In this document: positions 1 to 10,515 of the stretch, in pieces
Layout: the number at the start of each line of letters is the position of its first letter
Numbering within the stretch: position 1 is the stretch's first letter
Source: Candidatus Magasanikiibacteriota bacterium
GTDB lineage: Bacteria > Patescibacteriota > Patescibacteriia > Magasanikbacterales > UBA922
Direction of reading: 5' to 3'
Assembly (NCBI GenBank): GCA_016207245.1
Contig: JACQQA010000009.1
Coordinates: 9,165-73,164, forward strand
Length of the DNA: 64,000 nucleotides
Notes under the pieces: model-generated
Seen by the model: the letters and a program-made list of their open reading frames with translations, nothing else
The model's database searches: none
What the model was told of the DNA's origin: nothing
Translations under genes and position numbers: made by a program

Positions 1-412
1 CGTAGAATCTTGAACCGATATAAAACTGAACAATACCCGCAAGTATTGTTTGAATTAGTTTGCTTTGATAAGACTCGTCGCGCAAAATCATGCTCAAAAT
101 CGCGACTGGAATTGTCAAAACCAAACTGAAAATAAACTGATTTCTTTCTTTTTTAATCGCTTGCTCGTGCTGGCTCTGGTGTTCGTCCACTGTTTCCTCA
201 TCAGCTATCTGCGCGCCATAGCCGGCGCCCTTGACTGTTTTAATGATTTTTTCGCTATCGCAAGAATCACAGTCGTATTCCACTGTCGCTTTTTCCGTGG
301 CTGAATTCACCTGCGCGCTTTTTACGCCCGGTAATTTATTTAATTTGCTCTCAATCATCAAGGCGCAGGAAGCGCAATGCATGCCGGTAATATTAAATTG
401 TTCTTTTTTCAT
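1..412 (-). CDS. copA: Heavy-metal (Cu+) P-type ATPase, N-terminal part (runs off window start)
   Basis: Manual translation from ATG at 412: MKKEQFNITGMHCASCALMIESKL..., an HMA domain with GMHCASC followed by TM helices. Not in the ORF track. Confidence 0.85.
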   Translation of the reverse strand, partial: MKKEQFNITGMHCASCALMIESKLNKLPGVKSAQVNSATEKATVEYDCDSCDSEKIIKTVKGAGYGAQIADEETVDEHQSQHEQAIKKERNQFIFSLVLTIPVAILSMILRDESYQSKLIQTILAGIVQFYIGSRFY

Positions 413-423
413 AGGTCGCACAC

Positions 424-570
424 TGTCATCCCGAGCGACACCGAGCTCGCGCGAGAGGGAGCCGAGGGATCCCTTTTAAAACAAAATAAACGCATTAAAA
501 TAATTTTCTTTCAAGAATAAATAATAATATTAAAAAGGGATTCCTCACCCATTTGGGGGGTTCGGAATTA
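424..570. repeat. REP/RPE-like palindromic element pair
   Basis: TGTCATCCCGAGCG...AGCCGAGGGATCCC and GGGATTCCTCAC...GTTCGGAAT flank an AT-rich core between two genes. Confidence 0.6.
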
Positions 571-933
571 TTGAACGACGAGCTTCCCCTGATACATCCC
601 CATGTCGCAAGTAAATTTATATTCTCCGGCTTTGGGAGTGAATTCTACCGGCACAATTTGATCGCGTGGCAATTCTTTGCGGATATTCAAGGCGTCAAAC
701 ACCACGAAACGCGAACATTCAGTATCTTCTTGACGCAAAAAATTTATCCGCACCGGCCGACCGGCTTTGGCTTTAATCACGCTCGGTGAATAAACGCCTT
801 TTACTTTAATCTCAAATTCCTGCGTCCCGCCGGTTTCTTTGGCGCTGGCGCCGGTTTGTTTCTTGGTCCAATAAAGCCAAGCGAGGAACAAGCCGATGAT
901 TAGTAAAATTAGAACGCTGCCGATGATTTGCAT
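568..933 (-). CDS. Cupredoxin-domain membrane-anchored protein (CupA-like)
   Basis: N-terminal TM helix; C-terminal FTCDMGMYQG motif; adjacent to copA. Confidence 0.85.
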   Translation of the reverse strand: MQIIGSVLILLIIGLFLAWLYWTKKQTGASAKETGGTQEFEIKVKGVYSPSVIKAKAGRPVRINFLRQEDTECSRFVVFDALNIRKELPRDQIVPVEFTPKAGEYKFTCDMGMYQGKLVVQ

Positions 934-942
934 ACAATTTAA

Positions 943-1611
943 TTAATACTTAATAGCTTTGGCGATAAAAAATGTGCCAAAATTTAAATTTTTAATTTCT
1001 AAATTGCCGAATATGGCTCTAATTTTTTCCGGAATATTTTTAGACGGATCCCAGGCCGCCAAGCGCGAGTAAATTAATTTTACCAAAGGATTTAAAAAAC
1101 GCAAACCGCCGTCAAACAAACGCGCGTCGCACACTACCAATGTTCCGCCCGGCTTTAATGCCTCATAACACCTTTGCAAAGCGCTTTCCCAGCCCGGAAT
1201 GGCGCTAATTCCCAACACGCTGATGATTGCGTCAAAATTGCTCTCGCCGATTTTCAACTCGGCCGCGTCGCCTTGCAGCAATTTCACGCTGTTCCACTCT
1301 TTTTGTCTGCATAACTTTTTCGCCGCGTCAAGCATCTTTTGGCTATAATCAAAACCGAACAATTTGCCTTCCGGGCCAATCGCTTGCATTATAAAAGAAA
1401 AATTCCGGCCTGAACCGCAAGCCACCTCCAGCACCCTATCTCCCAGCCGCAAATTCAATCGCTTGACCGCCAACCCGCGGATAAACTTCGGCCGGCCCAT
1501 AAAAGTAAAATAATCCTGCCACGCGTAAAGCCAGGGAAGCCGACCCCAAAACGAATAAACTGTTTTTACTTTATTCAATTGTCTGTCTGTATTTTTATCT
1601 TTAACTGGCAT
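943..1611 (-). CDS. Class I SAM-dependent methyltransferase
   Basis: VLEVACGSG motif I; LKPGG motif. Confidence 0.85.
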   Translation of the reverse strand: MPVKDKNTDRQLNKVKTVYSFWGRLPWLYAWQDYFTFMGRPKFIRGLAVKRLNLRLGDRVLEVACGSGRNFSFIMQAIGPEGKLFGFDYSQKMLDAAKKLCRQKEWNSVKLLQGDAAELKIGESNFDAIISVLGISAIPGWESALQRCYEALKPGGTLVVCDARLFDGGLRFLNPLVKLIYSRLAAWDPSKNIPEKIRAIFGNLEIKNLNFGTFFIAKAIKY

Positions 1612-1655
1612 AAAAACAAACGGAGCAGAGGGACGCCTGCTCCGTCCGATTAAAA

Positions 1656-1937
1656 TTACTTATGTTCGCACTCTACTCCGCTTTTGAGGCAACAGCCGAC
1701 CAAAAACCACAAACCCAGTCCGATATAAGCGTAGATATAGCTTTGGATTAAACCGAGAACAAAACTGACAAAATTCATGCCGGAAAAACCAAAGAAAGCC
1801 ATCTGGAACAATTTAACGCGCAATTCCGCGTCCACCGGACGAAAATAATGAACCGTAAAACAAAGAATAAACAAAAGCGCCAAAAATAGACCGATGCGAT
1901 TGGCACAGCGCCAATAATTGCATTTTACGCCTTCCAT
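1656..1937 (-). CDS. Small membrane protein
   Basis: Two hydrophobic segments; co-oriented within the operon; SD-like GGGGGTG upstream. Confidence 0.65.
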   Translation of the reverse strand: MEGVKCNYWRCANRIGLFLALLFILCFTVHYFRPVDAELRVKLFQMAFFGFSGMNFVSFVLGLIQSYIYAYIGLGLWFLVGCCLKSGVECEHK

Positions 1938-1979
1938 ACTTTTTCACCCCCTTTCTATGAATATAAGTTAACATTTTTT

Positions 1980-2636
1980 TCACAATTTAGCCAGCTCTCC
2001 AACCAATTGATCGTTGTGTATGGCCATGTTCGGATCATCAAAAACGTGCTGGATTATCCCTTGTTTATCAATCACTATATAAGTGTGTCCGGGCAAAGAA
2101 CCGTAGTGCATTGATGACGGTGTGGTCAACAAACCCAATCTGCTGGCTAGCGCGGCGTTCTTATCAAACCCGACCAGCGCCAATCCCAATTCCGGCATTT
2201 TGTCAATCGCCCTTTGCCAGTCTTTGGCCGGATCCACCACCACGGAAAAAATTATTTCATCATCGGTTTTCAAACGCTCATCTTTTGCCAACGCCGCGAT
2301 TTGATTCCAACAAGCCGGATAGCACATCAATCCTTCGTTGAAAAACATCGCCACTTTCTTGCCCTGTAAATCTTTCATTGTATACTCCTTGCCACTGATG
2401 TCAGTCAAAGAAAAATCCGGCATGGGTTTGCCCACCAAATCACCAAGGGCGCTCGCCGACGGCGTTGGTTGAGAACCTCCTCCGTGGTGGCCGGACATGT
2501 CGTCGCCGGCGGCCGTTGTCGCCTGTTCGCCCGACGCGGAACGGCGGGAAATCGCGGACACCAAACCGAATATGACCAGCATGATAACCGCCGTGGTAAC
2601 TACCGCCACCGCTGTGTTCCTATTGTTTTTCGTCAT
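1980..2636 (-). CDS. Redoxin/thioredoxin-fold membrane-anchored protein
   Basis: PDFSLTD...CYPAC (CxxxC) motif; TYIVIDKQG. Confidence 0.8.
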   Translation of the reverse strand: MTKNNRNTAVAVVTTAVIMLVIFGLVSAISRRSASGEQATTAAGDDMSGHHGGGSQPTPSASALGDLVGKPMPDFSLTDISGKEYTMKDLQGKKVAMFFNEGLMCYPACWNQIAALAKDERLKTDDEIIFSVVVDPAKDWQRAIDKMPELGLALVGFDKNAALASRLGLLTTPSSMHYGSLPGHTYIVIDKQGIIQHVFDDPNMAIHNDQLVGELAKL

Positions 2637-3498
2637 ATTGTTGTTTTTCTTTTTTAAATAAATAAAACACTTTGATAGTCAGTCCGATTAAAATCGCCAA
2701 AAAAAACAAAGCCCATGCCCATTCGGGAACAACCACTACCGCGAACTTGATGACATTGAACAGTTTTGCGGAAAAAATATTAATATCAATTTGAAAAGAC
2801 GAACGCATTTGTAATTTATTGGTGAAGGCCAAGATGACTGTCAACAAACCCATAACCACAAACATCGCGCCGGCGATAATTTCGGCGATGGTCGCGGAAA
2901 TCCGGCGGCCGAACATAGAATATTTCACCTGCTTCTTCGCGCCCGTTAGTTTGCGCATAATGTTCGTTTTGTCCAAAAAAATGGAAATGAAAAAAAGCGG
3001 CGCCACCATACCGAGAACATAGCTCAAGGTGTAAGCCGCGCCCAAAAAAATTGAACCGGGCAAGACCGCCAAAGCCAAAACACCGGCCAAAACCGGAGCG
3101 CAGCAGGTGGTCGCGATGCCGGAAAATATGCCGAGAATAAATACTGAAATAGCATGATGATTTTTCAGGGCGGGATTAACGTGAAAAGGCAAAGAATAAT
3201 GTTTTCCCATAAGCAAAACTAAACCGGAAAATAACAAAAATGCTCCGCCAACAATAAAAATCGCGTTATGATACTTGCTCAAAAGCTGGCCGAAAAACGC
3301 CGCTCCCAGGCCGAGCGGCAGAAAGACCAAGAGAATCCCCAAAAAGAAAATAAAAGTCATCAAAAAAACCGTTCTCTTTTCACGGAAAACCGAAGCCAAG
3401 TAAGATGGCAGCAAAACCGTAATGCAACATGGAGCAAACAAAGCCGCCAAACCGGCGATAAACGCCGCCACCATGGATGTGCTGACTAATAAATCCAC
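2620..3498 (-). CDS. CcdA/DsbD-family thiol:disulfide transmembrane protein
   Basis: FAPCCITVLLP and TTCCAPVL motifs in a polytopic membrane protein. Confidence 0.85.
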   Translation of the reverse strand: MDLLVSTSMVAAFIAGLAALFAPCCITVLLPSYLASVFREKRTVFLMTFIFFLGILLVFLPLGLGAAFFGQLLSKYHNAIFIVGGAFLLFSGLVLLMGKHYSLPFHVNPALKNHHAISVFILGIFSGIATTCCAPVLAGVLALAVLPGSIFLGAAYTLSYVLGMVAPLFFISIFLDKTNIMRKLTGAKKQVKYSMFGRRISATIAEIIAGAMFVVMGLLTVILAFTNKLQMRSSFQIDINIFSAKLFNVIKFAVVVVPEWAWALFFLAILIGLTIKVFYLFKKEKQQYDEKQ

Positions 3499-3503
3499 AA
3501 GGT

Positions 3504-3740
3504 TTAAACTAAATCTTTCTTTTTTTCCTCAAATTCTTTTTTGTCAATCTCGCCTTTGGCATAGCGCTCCTTCAAAACATCCAAAGCGCGGCCGGCGCTA
3601 ACGCTGTTATTGCCGCCAGTCAAAGACTTTACCAACAACACAATGCCCGCGATCACCAGCGCCCAGAAAAGAATCATAAAAATCCAGCCAAAAAACATCG
3701 TTCCGTAACCAAAATTACTTCCCCAGAAATAACTCATCAT
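3504..3740 (-). CDS. SHOCT-domain membrane protein
   Basis: [20 protein letters not shown]-terminal SHOCT signature. Confidence 0.85.
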   Translation of the reverse strand: MMSYFWGSNFGYGTMFFGWIFMILFWALVIAGIVLLVKSLTGGNNSVSAGRALDVLKERYAKGEIDKKEFEEKKKDLV

Positions 3741-3772
3741 ATGATTTGAATTTAGAATAAATAAATAAAAAA

Positions 3773-4954
3773 TTAATGAACACGGCCAAACACCTCATCG
3801 TCTGGTCGTAAAATTTTATTTTTCAAAAAATACGCGGCAATGAGCGATGTCAAGGGCACGGCCACCACAAGCCCCATGCTCCCCACCACAGTCCGGACAA
3901 TCTCGGTGGCGATGGCTTCATTGTTTATAATTTGCGCGGCTGACAGAACGGGCGGCGAATCCAGAGAAAACAAAAGCAGGAGTGGAAGCGAAGCGCCGGC
4001 GTAAGCCAAAACCAGAGTATTTACTATGGAACTGACATGATCAACTCCGACTTTCATCGCCCGCCGATAAATTTCCCACGAACTTAACTTGGTGTTGGCC
4101 AAATAGATTTGTTCCACGACCGATGCCTGGCTAATGGTAATATCGTCAAGTACGCCCAAAGCGCCAATTATCATGCCGGCCAAGAGAATGCCTTTCATGT
4201 TAAAAACATTCTGCCCCAAACTGACCAAAAAAACCGCGCTCTCATCGCCAAAACCGGTCAAGCGAGTGAACTGAACGAACACTGACGACAAAATGCCGGT
4301 AAACACCAGGCTCAAAAAAGTCCCGGTCAAGGCTACGCTGGTTTTAGCGTTAAAGCCATGCACTAAATACAATGATATGATAAGAATAACAAAAGAACCG
4401 ATGATGCTAATAACAATCGGATCCGATCCGGCAAGAATTCTCGGTATAATAAACTTCATTAAAACCAAAAAAGTAAATCCCAAGCCGACAATCGCTTTGC
4501 CGCCCTGTCTTTTACCGACAAGCAAAATTAAGCCGAAAAAAAGCGCCAGTAAAAAATATAACCGGTTCGTGCGCGCGTAATCCGTGACGTAGAAAGTTTC
4601 CCCGCCCTCTGCATCCACGTTTCTATTCATCACTACTTTATCTCCGACCTTAAAGGCCGGCAAACCAATAATATCCGCTGTCAAATTCATGCCGTCATAG
4701 TTTATTTCTTTATTTTTCCATTCTCCTTCCAATCCTTTCAACCTCAAAACTTGCGCGGTGTATTCCTTGCCGTTTTCATCGGTTTTTTTCTGCTCGCTCA
4801 CCACCGCTGTCACTTTGGCAAAAAACGGCTTTTCCGCTGGAGCGGAGTTTTCTTCGGCAGAAACAAATTTAGGAAGCGCTAAAATCGCCAAAAATATTAA
4901 TGCCAATAAAAATGGACGATAAATAAAATTCATACGCGCTTTAATTAATGCCAA
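3773..4954 (-). CDS. YibE/F family membrane protein
   Basis: [15 protein letters not shown] and [14 protein letters not shown] motifs. Confidence 0.85.
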   Translation of the reverse strand: MALIKARMNFIYRPFLLALIFLAILALPKFVSAEENSAPAEKPFFAKVTAVVSEQKKTDENGKEYTAQVLRLKGLEGEWKNKEINYDGMNLTADIIGLPAFKVGDKVVMNRNVDAEGGETFYVTDYARTNRLYFLLALFFGLILLVGKRQGGKAIVGLGFTFLVLMKFIIPRILAGSDPIVISIIGSFVILIISLYLVHGFNAKTSVALTGTFLSLVFTGILSSVFVQFTRLTGFGDESAVFLVSLGQNVFNMKGILLAGMIIGALGVLDDITISQASVVEQIYLANTKLSSWEIYRRAMKVGVDHVSSIVNTLVLAYAGASLPLLLLFSLDSPPVLSAAQIINNEAIATEIVRTVVGSMGLVVAVPLTSLIAAYFLKNKILRPDDEVFGRVH

Positions 4955-5446
4955 CTATTCTTTGCAACAATCCAACAGCCGGCTCATTACTTCTTCTTGA
5001 CTCATTGGGATGTCGGCATCCGATGATTGGTTGTTTGGCAAGCTGACAAGCTTTAGCCGCAGACTCCAAAATAACAAATAAACTTCATAAGCTTTTTTAA
5101 ACATTGCTTCCGCTTCGCTCTTTTTGTTACTGCCCAAAAGCTTAGTCCCAACCTCAATCATCCGCATGCTGGCCGCGAGCAAATGTTTGGCCACACACCA
5201 GGTTTCGCCCTCATGCTGATCTATCATCTTGCCTAAAAGTTCTTTTCTCATTGTCCGAACCTGATTTAACAAATCAAAATACTCTTTTTTACCGGTCTTT
5301 TCCGCGGTAAAGAAAAAATGCTCTTCCAAACTTATTAGATTCATCACCGCGATGCTCAAATCTTCTTCCAACGACAAATCCATCGTTCCGCTCGCTTTTA
5401 ATTTTTCCACTTTGGCCAAAAATTCCTCCAGGCTGGGTTTAGACAT
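4955..5446 (-). CDS. Hypothetical protein, possibly metal-binding
   Basis: LEEH, WCVAKH and C-terminal DCCKE; within the operon. Confidence 0.7.
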   Translation of the reverse strand: MSKPSLEEFLAKVEKLKASGTMDLSLEEDLSIAVMNLISLEEHFFFTAEKTGKKEYFDLLNQVRTMRKELLGKMIDQHEGETWCVAKHLLAASMRMIEVGTKLLGSNKKSEAEAMFKKAYEVYLLFWSLRLKLVSLPNNQSSDADIPMSQEEVMSRLLDCCKE

Positions 5447-5455
5447 AATAAAAAA

Positions 5456-6718
5456 TTAGGTGAACCAAACTAAAATCATAACACCGAGAATAAGCATAAC
5501 CGCGGCTGACAAAATCTTCATATTCCGGCTTTCATTCTGCTCCCACGCCGTTATTTTCTCCACCGCGTATTTATTCGCTGACAAAAGCAAAATAATCACG
5601 AGCGGCATGACAAACATTAAATTATACAAGAACAAATAACCGACGCCGGAAAAATAGGTGGTCTTAACAGCGAGCAAGCCGATTATTGCCACGTAAATTC
5701 CGCCGGAACACGGAAAAGTGCAGAGCCCAACGAGAAATCCGGCCACAAACGCGGCCGGCATGGTCGCCTTGGTAATCCACTGGCGCAAAGTTTCCTTGCT
5801 AAACATGGGAATGCGAAATTTTATCGGAAATTTGGGGAAAACCAGACCGACAATATTTATCACGCCCAAAACAATCACCAGCCAAGCTCCGAGCTTGGCC
5901 ATCAGGTGCGGCGAATTGGTAAAGACCAACGCTTTCATCAGACCAAAACCGATTAGAACATAAGCCAAAAAAATCGCCGCGATATAAATTACGCCCATTT
6001 TCCCGATGTTAGCTCTGGTTCTTTTGAGAGAAAAAAGAAAAGCAATAAACAAGAGCAGAACGGCAAAAGCGCAAGGATTGATGCCGTCCAAAAAACCGGA
6101 AACTAATACCACCGGCAGAAGCGATTTATATTTTTCCGCCTGTCCGCCCACCCTATCATCCAGGCTAAACTGACTTTTATTATCATTTAAATATTTGAAA
6201 TACTCGCTGACCGGCGTGTTAATCGGATAAATTTTGATTTCGCCGACAAAATTATCGGCGTAAGCGGGAATGGCAAAAATTTTATATTCCTTCGCGTCAG
6301 TGTGCATTTCATCCTGCGATACCACCACTAGTTTGAATTGGTGACTGATTTCTTCGCTGAACAAATCTTCAACTATTTTGTTTGGCACATGCCCGCCTAA
6401 AATAAACTTATTGCCCACAAAAGCCATAATATGGCTCTGCAAATCAATCGGAATTTTATATCGCGTTAAAAGTTGATTCATTTCCGCTCTCACTCCCTGC
6501 TGACTGATATAGTCCTTTTTAATAATTTCACCCACGCCGTGCTCATTCAAAAGCGCCGGCAAATCAGTATTCACGTGAACAGCGCAGGCGCCGCAGGCTT
6601 CGTTATAATAAATAACGGCCTTGGCTCCGGCCACATCGCCGTGCGCGAATGCCAAATGCAATGGCGACAAAATCGCGGTGATAATAACAGTAAAAATAAA
6701 AAACTTCTTTAATTTCAT
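5456..6718 (-). CDS. Thioredoxin-like domain fused to CcdA/DsbD-type TM domain
   Basis: N-terminal CGAC; DGINPCAF and CTFPCSGG motifs. Confidence 0.8.
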   Translation of the reverse strand: MKLKKFFIFTVIITAILSPLHLAFAHGDVAGAKAVIYYNEACGACAVHVNTDLPALLNEHGVGEIIKKDYISQQGVRAEMNQLLTRYKIPIDLQSHIMAFVGNKFILGGHVPNKIVEDLFSEEISHQFKLVVVSQDEMHTDAKEYKIFAIPAYADNFVGEIKIYPINTPVSEYFKYLNDNKSQFSLDDRVGGQAEKYKSLLPVVLVSGFLDGINPCAFAVLLLFIAFLFSLKRTRANIGKMGVIYIAAIFLAYVLIGFGLMKALVFTNSPHLMAKLGAWLVIVLGVINIVGLVFPKFPIKFRIPMFSKETLRQWITKATMPAAFVAGFLVGLCTFPCSGGIYVAIIGLLAVKTTYFSGVGYLFLYNLMFVMPLVIILLLSANKYAVEKITAWEQNESRNMKILSAAVMLILGVMILVWFT

Positions 6719-7188
6719 ACTTTGGGCATGTCCGCGCAGTGGGCCTTAATTTTTTTATACTTATAAACCATATAAACCAATCCGCCAAAAGAAAACAAAA
6801 TGCTGATTAAAAAAATATAATTTTGATAGGCGGCAAAGAAAACCGCCAAACCGCTGATGCCGGCGATTGACATAACGCCGACAAAATTATGCATACAACA
6901 CGCTATCATCGCGCTGGTGGAAACCCCGCCCGACGCGGCCACGGGCTTGCCACGCCGAAGTGAAACGAAGGCGGGGCTGCTGCTAATTTTAACAACTTCT
7001 CTCATCCTCTGCCACAAACCGACCTGAATCGCGAACAAAATTATCAACGGCGAAATAAAATACCAATTCTTTTGAAAAAAATAGTACGGTCCGGACAAAC
7101 TCTGCATCCCCAGCGCCTGAACTGAATAAAAAACTAAAATAATCCCGCCAGCCCCCAGCAATCCCCAAATGTACGCGGAGCGATTCAT
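6715..7188 (-). CDS. Membrane protein with ACCMH motif
   Basis: Several TM helices; overlaps its neighbour within the operon. Confidence 0.7.
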   Translation of the reverse strand: MNRSAYIWGLLGAGGIILVFYSVQALGMQSLSGPYYFFQKNWYFISPLIILFAIQVGLWQRMREVVKISSSPAFVSLRRGKPVAASGGVSTSAMIACCMHNFVGVMSIAGISGLAVFFAAYQNYIFLISILFSFGGLVYMVYKYKKIKAHCADMPKV

Positions 7189-7189
7189 A

Positions 7190-7660
7190 TCATTTTATAT
7201 CAAATTCAAACTGCAAATCGCTTTTTAATCCCACCAACAGCCTGCCGTATAATTCTCCCGGAAAAACTAGACTGACTTCCAAATGATGCCCGCCTTGCTG
7301 CGCTACAGGCGAGGCAGGCCCGCCGACTTGATCGCCTTCTATGTTATAACCATCCGGCTGAACGCCGTTTAAACTGGAAAAATCTTTGACGGCAAAATCC
7401 GCCAGATTATAAACATGATTATCCATCGCCAGTTTTATTATAGTTCGATTATTTTCACGCTTCACTTCTTCAACCGCGACTTGAATCCCGTCTTTTTCCA
7501 CCGTCAACTGATCCGGCGATTGGCTGCCCTGCTCAGGCGAATTCGAACTCGATTCTACCGACCCATTGGTCTGCGGCTTGGTCCCAGCCCGCGTATAAAC
7601 GAACGCGCCAATTATAAACATCGTCACTATTATCGCTAAAATAACTAAATTTTTCTTCAT
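7190..7660 (-). CDS. Secreted/membrane-anchored hypothetical protein
   Basis: N-terminal TM helix (MKKNLVILA...); MDNH and GGHH His motifs. Confidence 0.7.
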   Translation of the reverse strand: MKKNLVILAIIVTMFIIGAFVYTRAGTKPQTNGSVESSSNSPEQGSQSPDQLTVEKDGIQVAVEEVKRENNRTIIKLAMDNHVYNLADFAVKDFSSLNGVQPDGYNIEGDQVGGPASPVAQQGGHHLEVSLVFPGELYGRLLVGLKSDLQFEFDIK

Positions 7661-8199
7661 ATGGATTTGGGTTGACAAACCAATTGTTTTTTAATATTTT
7701 CCACCAATAAATTAACAGATAATAGCAGCAGAGTCACGCTTAATGCTTTCAATTCCAAACCGTGAAACGGCAAAGAAAAAAGCGCTAACGGCGCGCCGAA
7801 CAAAGCGAACAGCGGCGCTCCGCAAGTCGGACAGCCGGCGGCGAAAAGTCCGGCGGCCATTCCGCTGACGCCGGACAATTTGTTTTTCCCGCCCGAGGCG
7901 AGTCCTCCTTTGGTGGATATTTCTTTGCTTTTAATTATCCGCCGCCTCGCTAAAAATAAAGACGAGTAGACGCCTGCCAAAACTGAAATAATTAAACTCA
8001 AAAATAGAGAAAATAAAGTGAATGGCCAGCCGCTCATCGCCGCGTAAGCGCTTAGACTTTTGCCGGTAATATTCCAAACTGTCAAAATATAAGACAAAAT
8101 AAACGTTACCGTCGCCGTCAGCAAAACTGAAACAAAATACCGCCGTCTCTTAAGTATCAAAGGAATCGTAATCAACATAATTCCTGATTCATCCCTCAT
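7657..8199 (-). CDS. Membrane protein with GCPTC motif
   Basis: TM helices plus CxxC; ATGA overlap with the upstream gene. Confidence 0.7.
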   Translation of the reverse strand: MRDESGIMLITIPLILKRRRYFVSVLLTATVTFILSYILTVWNITGKSLSAYAAMSGWPFTLFSLFLSLIISVLAGVYSSLFLARRRIIKSKEISTKGGLASGGKNKLSGVSGMAAGLFAAGCPTCGAPLFALFGAPLALFSLPFHGLELKALSVTLLLLSVNLLVENIKKQLVCQPKSI

Positions 8200-8723
8200 T
8201 TAGTTACATTGCCGCTAAAATTAATCGTTGACTGCGTGCCGTCTTGCCCGCCGTCATTGCTAAAAATATCAATCGTGCGAGTAATCAAACCCGTCGCGTT
8301 CGGCCCATGCGCGTTTGGATCAAAAATTATCTCCAGTTCCCCGCTCTCGCCCGGTTTGATAACTTGCGACCAGCCCGATGCGCCGCCCCCATGCCCGGGC
8401 ATGCCAAACTCCGGGCTTTGTTTTCCTCCGGCATCTAAAGTTACTTTAGTGCACATGCACGAAGTTTGCATTCGGCTGATTTTCAAATCACCATCGCCGA
8501 TGTTGGTTATTTTAACTTTTTTTTTCGCCAAACCATTGGCCATGGACACGTCGCCAAAATCAAACTTATTAATCTCCAGCGCCAATTTCGGCGTCCCCTT
8601 GCTTTCGCTCCCCGCGCTCTCGCTTTTTATCGCCCAAATTATCCCCGCGAAGCCCAAAACCAGCACCGCGACAGCAATACCTAAAAAAATTTTAATTCTC
8701 GGGTCGGTATTGTTTGTTGTCAT
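8196..8723 (-). CDS. DUF1573 (Ig-like) protein
   Basis: FDFGDV...TSCMCT...IKPGESGEL pattern. Confidence 0.8.
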   Translation of the reverse strand: MTTNNTDPRIKIFLGIAVAVLVLGFAGIIWAIKSESAGSESKGTPKLALEINKFDFGDVSMANGLAKKKVKITNIGDGDLKISRMQTSCMCTKVTLDAGGKQSPEFGMPGHGGGASGWSQVIKPGESGELEIIFDPNAHGPNATGLITRTIDIFSNDGGQDGTQSTINFSGNVTK

Positions 8724-8733
8724 AAAAATAGAA

Positions 8734-9222
8734 TTATTTTTTAATCACTGTCGCGCTAAATTCCGCCTCAATTTCCGGATTGCCAGGCTCATCGGTGCCA
8801 ATATAAACGACCCGCTTAATTTCCCCCACATCAGTATCATCTTTGTGAACAGCCGGATCAAATGTAACTTCTATTTTCACCACCTGCCCGGGAGCGACTT
8901 CTTTATCTTTTTCATCCATAACCGCTTTGGTGCAACCGCAAGAGGTGGAAAGCCTCAAAATTTTAACTGATATGTCGCTGACATTTTTAACTTGCAAAGT
9001 ATATTTACCGATTTCGCCGTAAATCACGGTACCCAAATTATAATCTTGCGGTTCAACTACCAATGAAGACGCGGCGGATGGTTGCTGATTATTTTGCGCG
9101 ACCGGCAACGGCTCTGGCAAAGCAGTCTGATAATTATAAACTGCCGCGCCGGCTATCACCAGCAAAATCACGGCTAAAAAAATTAAAACGGTATTTTTAT
9201 TATTCATAATATCAACAGCCAC
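8734..9222 (-). CDS. DUF1573 (Ig-like) protein
   Basis: TSCGCT motif; paralogue of the neighbouring gene. Confidence 0.8.
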   Translation of the reverse strand: MAVDIMNNKNTVLIFLAVILLVIAGAAVYNYQTALPEPLPVAQNNQQPSAASSLVVEPQDYNLGTVIYGEIGKYTLQVKNVSDISVKILRLSTSCGCTKAVMDEKDKEVAPGQVVKIEVTFDPAVHKDDTDVGEIKRVVYIGTDEPGNPEIEAEFSATVIKK

Positions 9223-9228
9223 TCACAA

Positions 9229-10080
9229 TTACTGCGAGGCAGACGTGGTTGCCTCTGGTTTCACTACCATTCCTGTCATCATATTTTTATACGCGCCCAT
9301 CTGCTTCACGCCTTCGCGGAAAACATAGGCGCCGTCTTTTTCTATCGTGCCGACTTTAGACCAGATATTGACCAGACCGCCATAAACATCTACCTCGCCC
9401 TTTAACACAAATGTTGGCATCATTTTGATGTTATATTTATTTTTCATCATCATTCCTTCGCCGCTGGCGATTGATAATACTTTGATATTCTCCGTTGGAA
9501 TGCCAAAACCGCCGCCCAAAATCTGCTTATGCCCCATTACATCATAGCACTCGCCGCAAGAATCGTCGGTCAGAAAAAACACTTCCACTTCGCCTTTTGT
9601 CTTTCCAGTGGCGACTTCAACATACGGCGCGCCGGTTTGGCGTAAAACAAAATTGCCGTCAATTGTCTCTCCAATTCCGGGCCACGCATTTTTTAATTTA
9701 ACATTTTTATTTATCTCTCCGCTTAAAATTACGGTTGGAATTTTTTCAATTTTATATTTCTCCACCAGCGCTTTTCCTTCATCGCTTTTCCAATCAACAT
9801 TTTTTTGTTCAACAAATTTAACGTTCTCTTTCTTCACCGCCGCCAAAAAACCGTCTAATTTAAAACAATCGGTGCAATCAAGCGCGTCCACTAGGGTGGC
9901 TTTAAACTCCGCCGGCCGCACCGCCTCCGCCGCTTCGGCCACTTTCTTGCCGACAAAAGCATTAGTCTTAAAAGAGATCACCAAACCGACCACCAAGGCG
10001 AGAATTAATACGCCGCCAAAAATGTAAAACAGTTTGGAGTCAAGATGAATTGTGTTTTTTGATTGTGGCGCCTCATCCAT
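9229..10080 (-). CDS. Membrane-anchored protein with two thioredoxin-like CxxC repeats
   Basis: CTDC and CGEC; internally duplicated KYxI..PT..L.GE motif. Confidence 0.75.
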   Translation of the reverse strand: MDEAPQSKNTIHLDSKLFYIFGGVLILALVVGLVISFKTNAFVGKKVAEAAEAVRPAEFKATLVDALDCTDCFKLDGFLAAVKKENVKFVEQKNVDWKSDEGKALVEKYKIEKIPTVILSGEINKNVKLKNAWPGIGETIDGNFVLRQTGAPYVEVATGKTKGEVEVFFLTDDSCGECYDVMGHKQILGGGFGIPTENIKVLSIASGEGMMMKNKYNIKMMPTFVLKGEVDVYGGLVNIWSKVGTIEKDGAYVFREGVKQMGAYKNMMTGMVVKPEATTSASQ

Positions 10081-10136
10081 ATAAAATAGAGGTTATTCGT
10101 TTGTTAGTTGTTAATTGTTCATTGTTAATTTACCAA

Positions 10137-10475
10137 TCAGCATCCTCCTACCATATCCGGCGCGTCTTGCACGCTGGCTGCCGGAGCGCTGCCGCCCAAG
10201 TTCACATTTCCGCTCTTAATTTTGCTTAATAAGATTGCTGATTGCGCGGTTTGAACAACCGATAATAAGGTTAAGAGCGCCAGAACAATCGTCACTGACA
10301 AACTGCCCCACGGCAATTTTGGTTTTTCCGCTTTATTTTCCAAGGTGCTCAAAATCTCCGCCTTTAACTGCTGAATTTCGTTGGGTGTTTCTCTCGCCTC
10401 CGCCGACTGATGTTCGTGATTTTCACAACAATTATTATTTTCGTCGTGATGTTCTTCATTGTGTGTTTGGGTCAT
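10137..10475 (-). CDS. His/Cys-rich membrane protein with C-terminal MVGGC
   Basis: HHDENNNCCENHEH N-terminus, one TM helix, ends DAPDMVGGC. Confidence 0.7.
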   Translation of the reverse strand: MTQTHNEEHHDENNNCCENHEHQSAEARETPNEIQQLKAEILSTLENKAEKPKLPWGSLSVTIVLALLTLLSVVQTAQSAILLSKIKSGNVNLGGSAPAASVQDAPDMVGGC

Positions 10476-10515
10476 ATTTACTATTAAGAAATTAGTTTGA
10501 AAATTGAAAATTTCG

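Noticed and set aside
8209..8970. 253-aa plus-strand ORF and similar antisense ORFs (e.g. 15887, 55453)
   Set aside because: They are antisense shadows of well-supported minus-strand genes.
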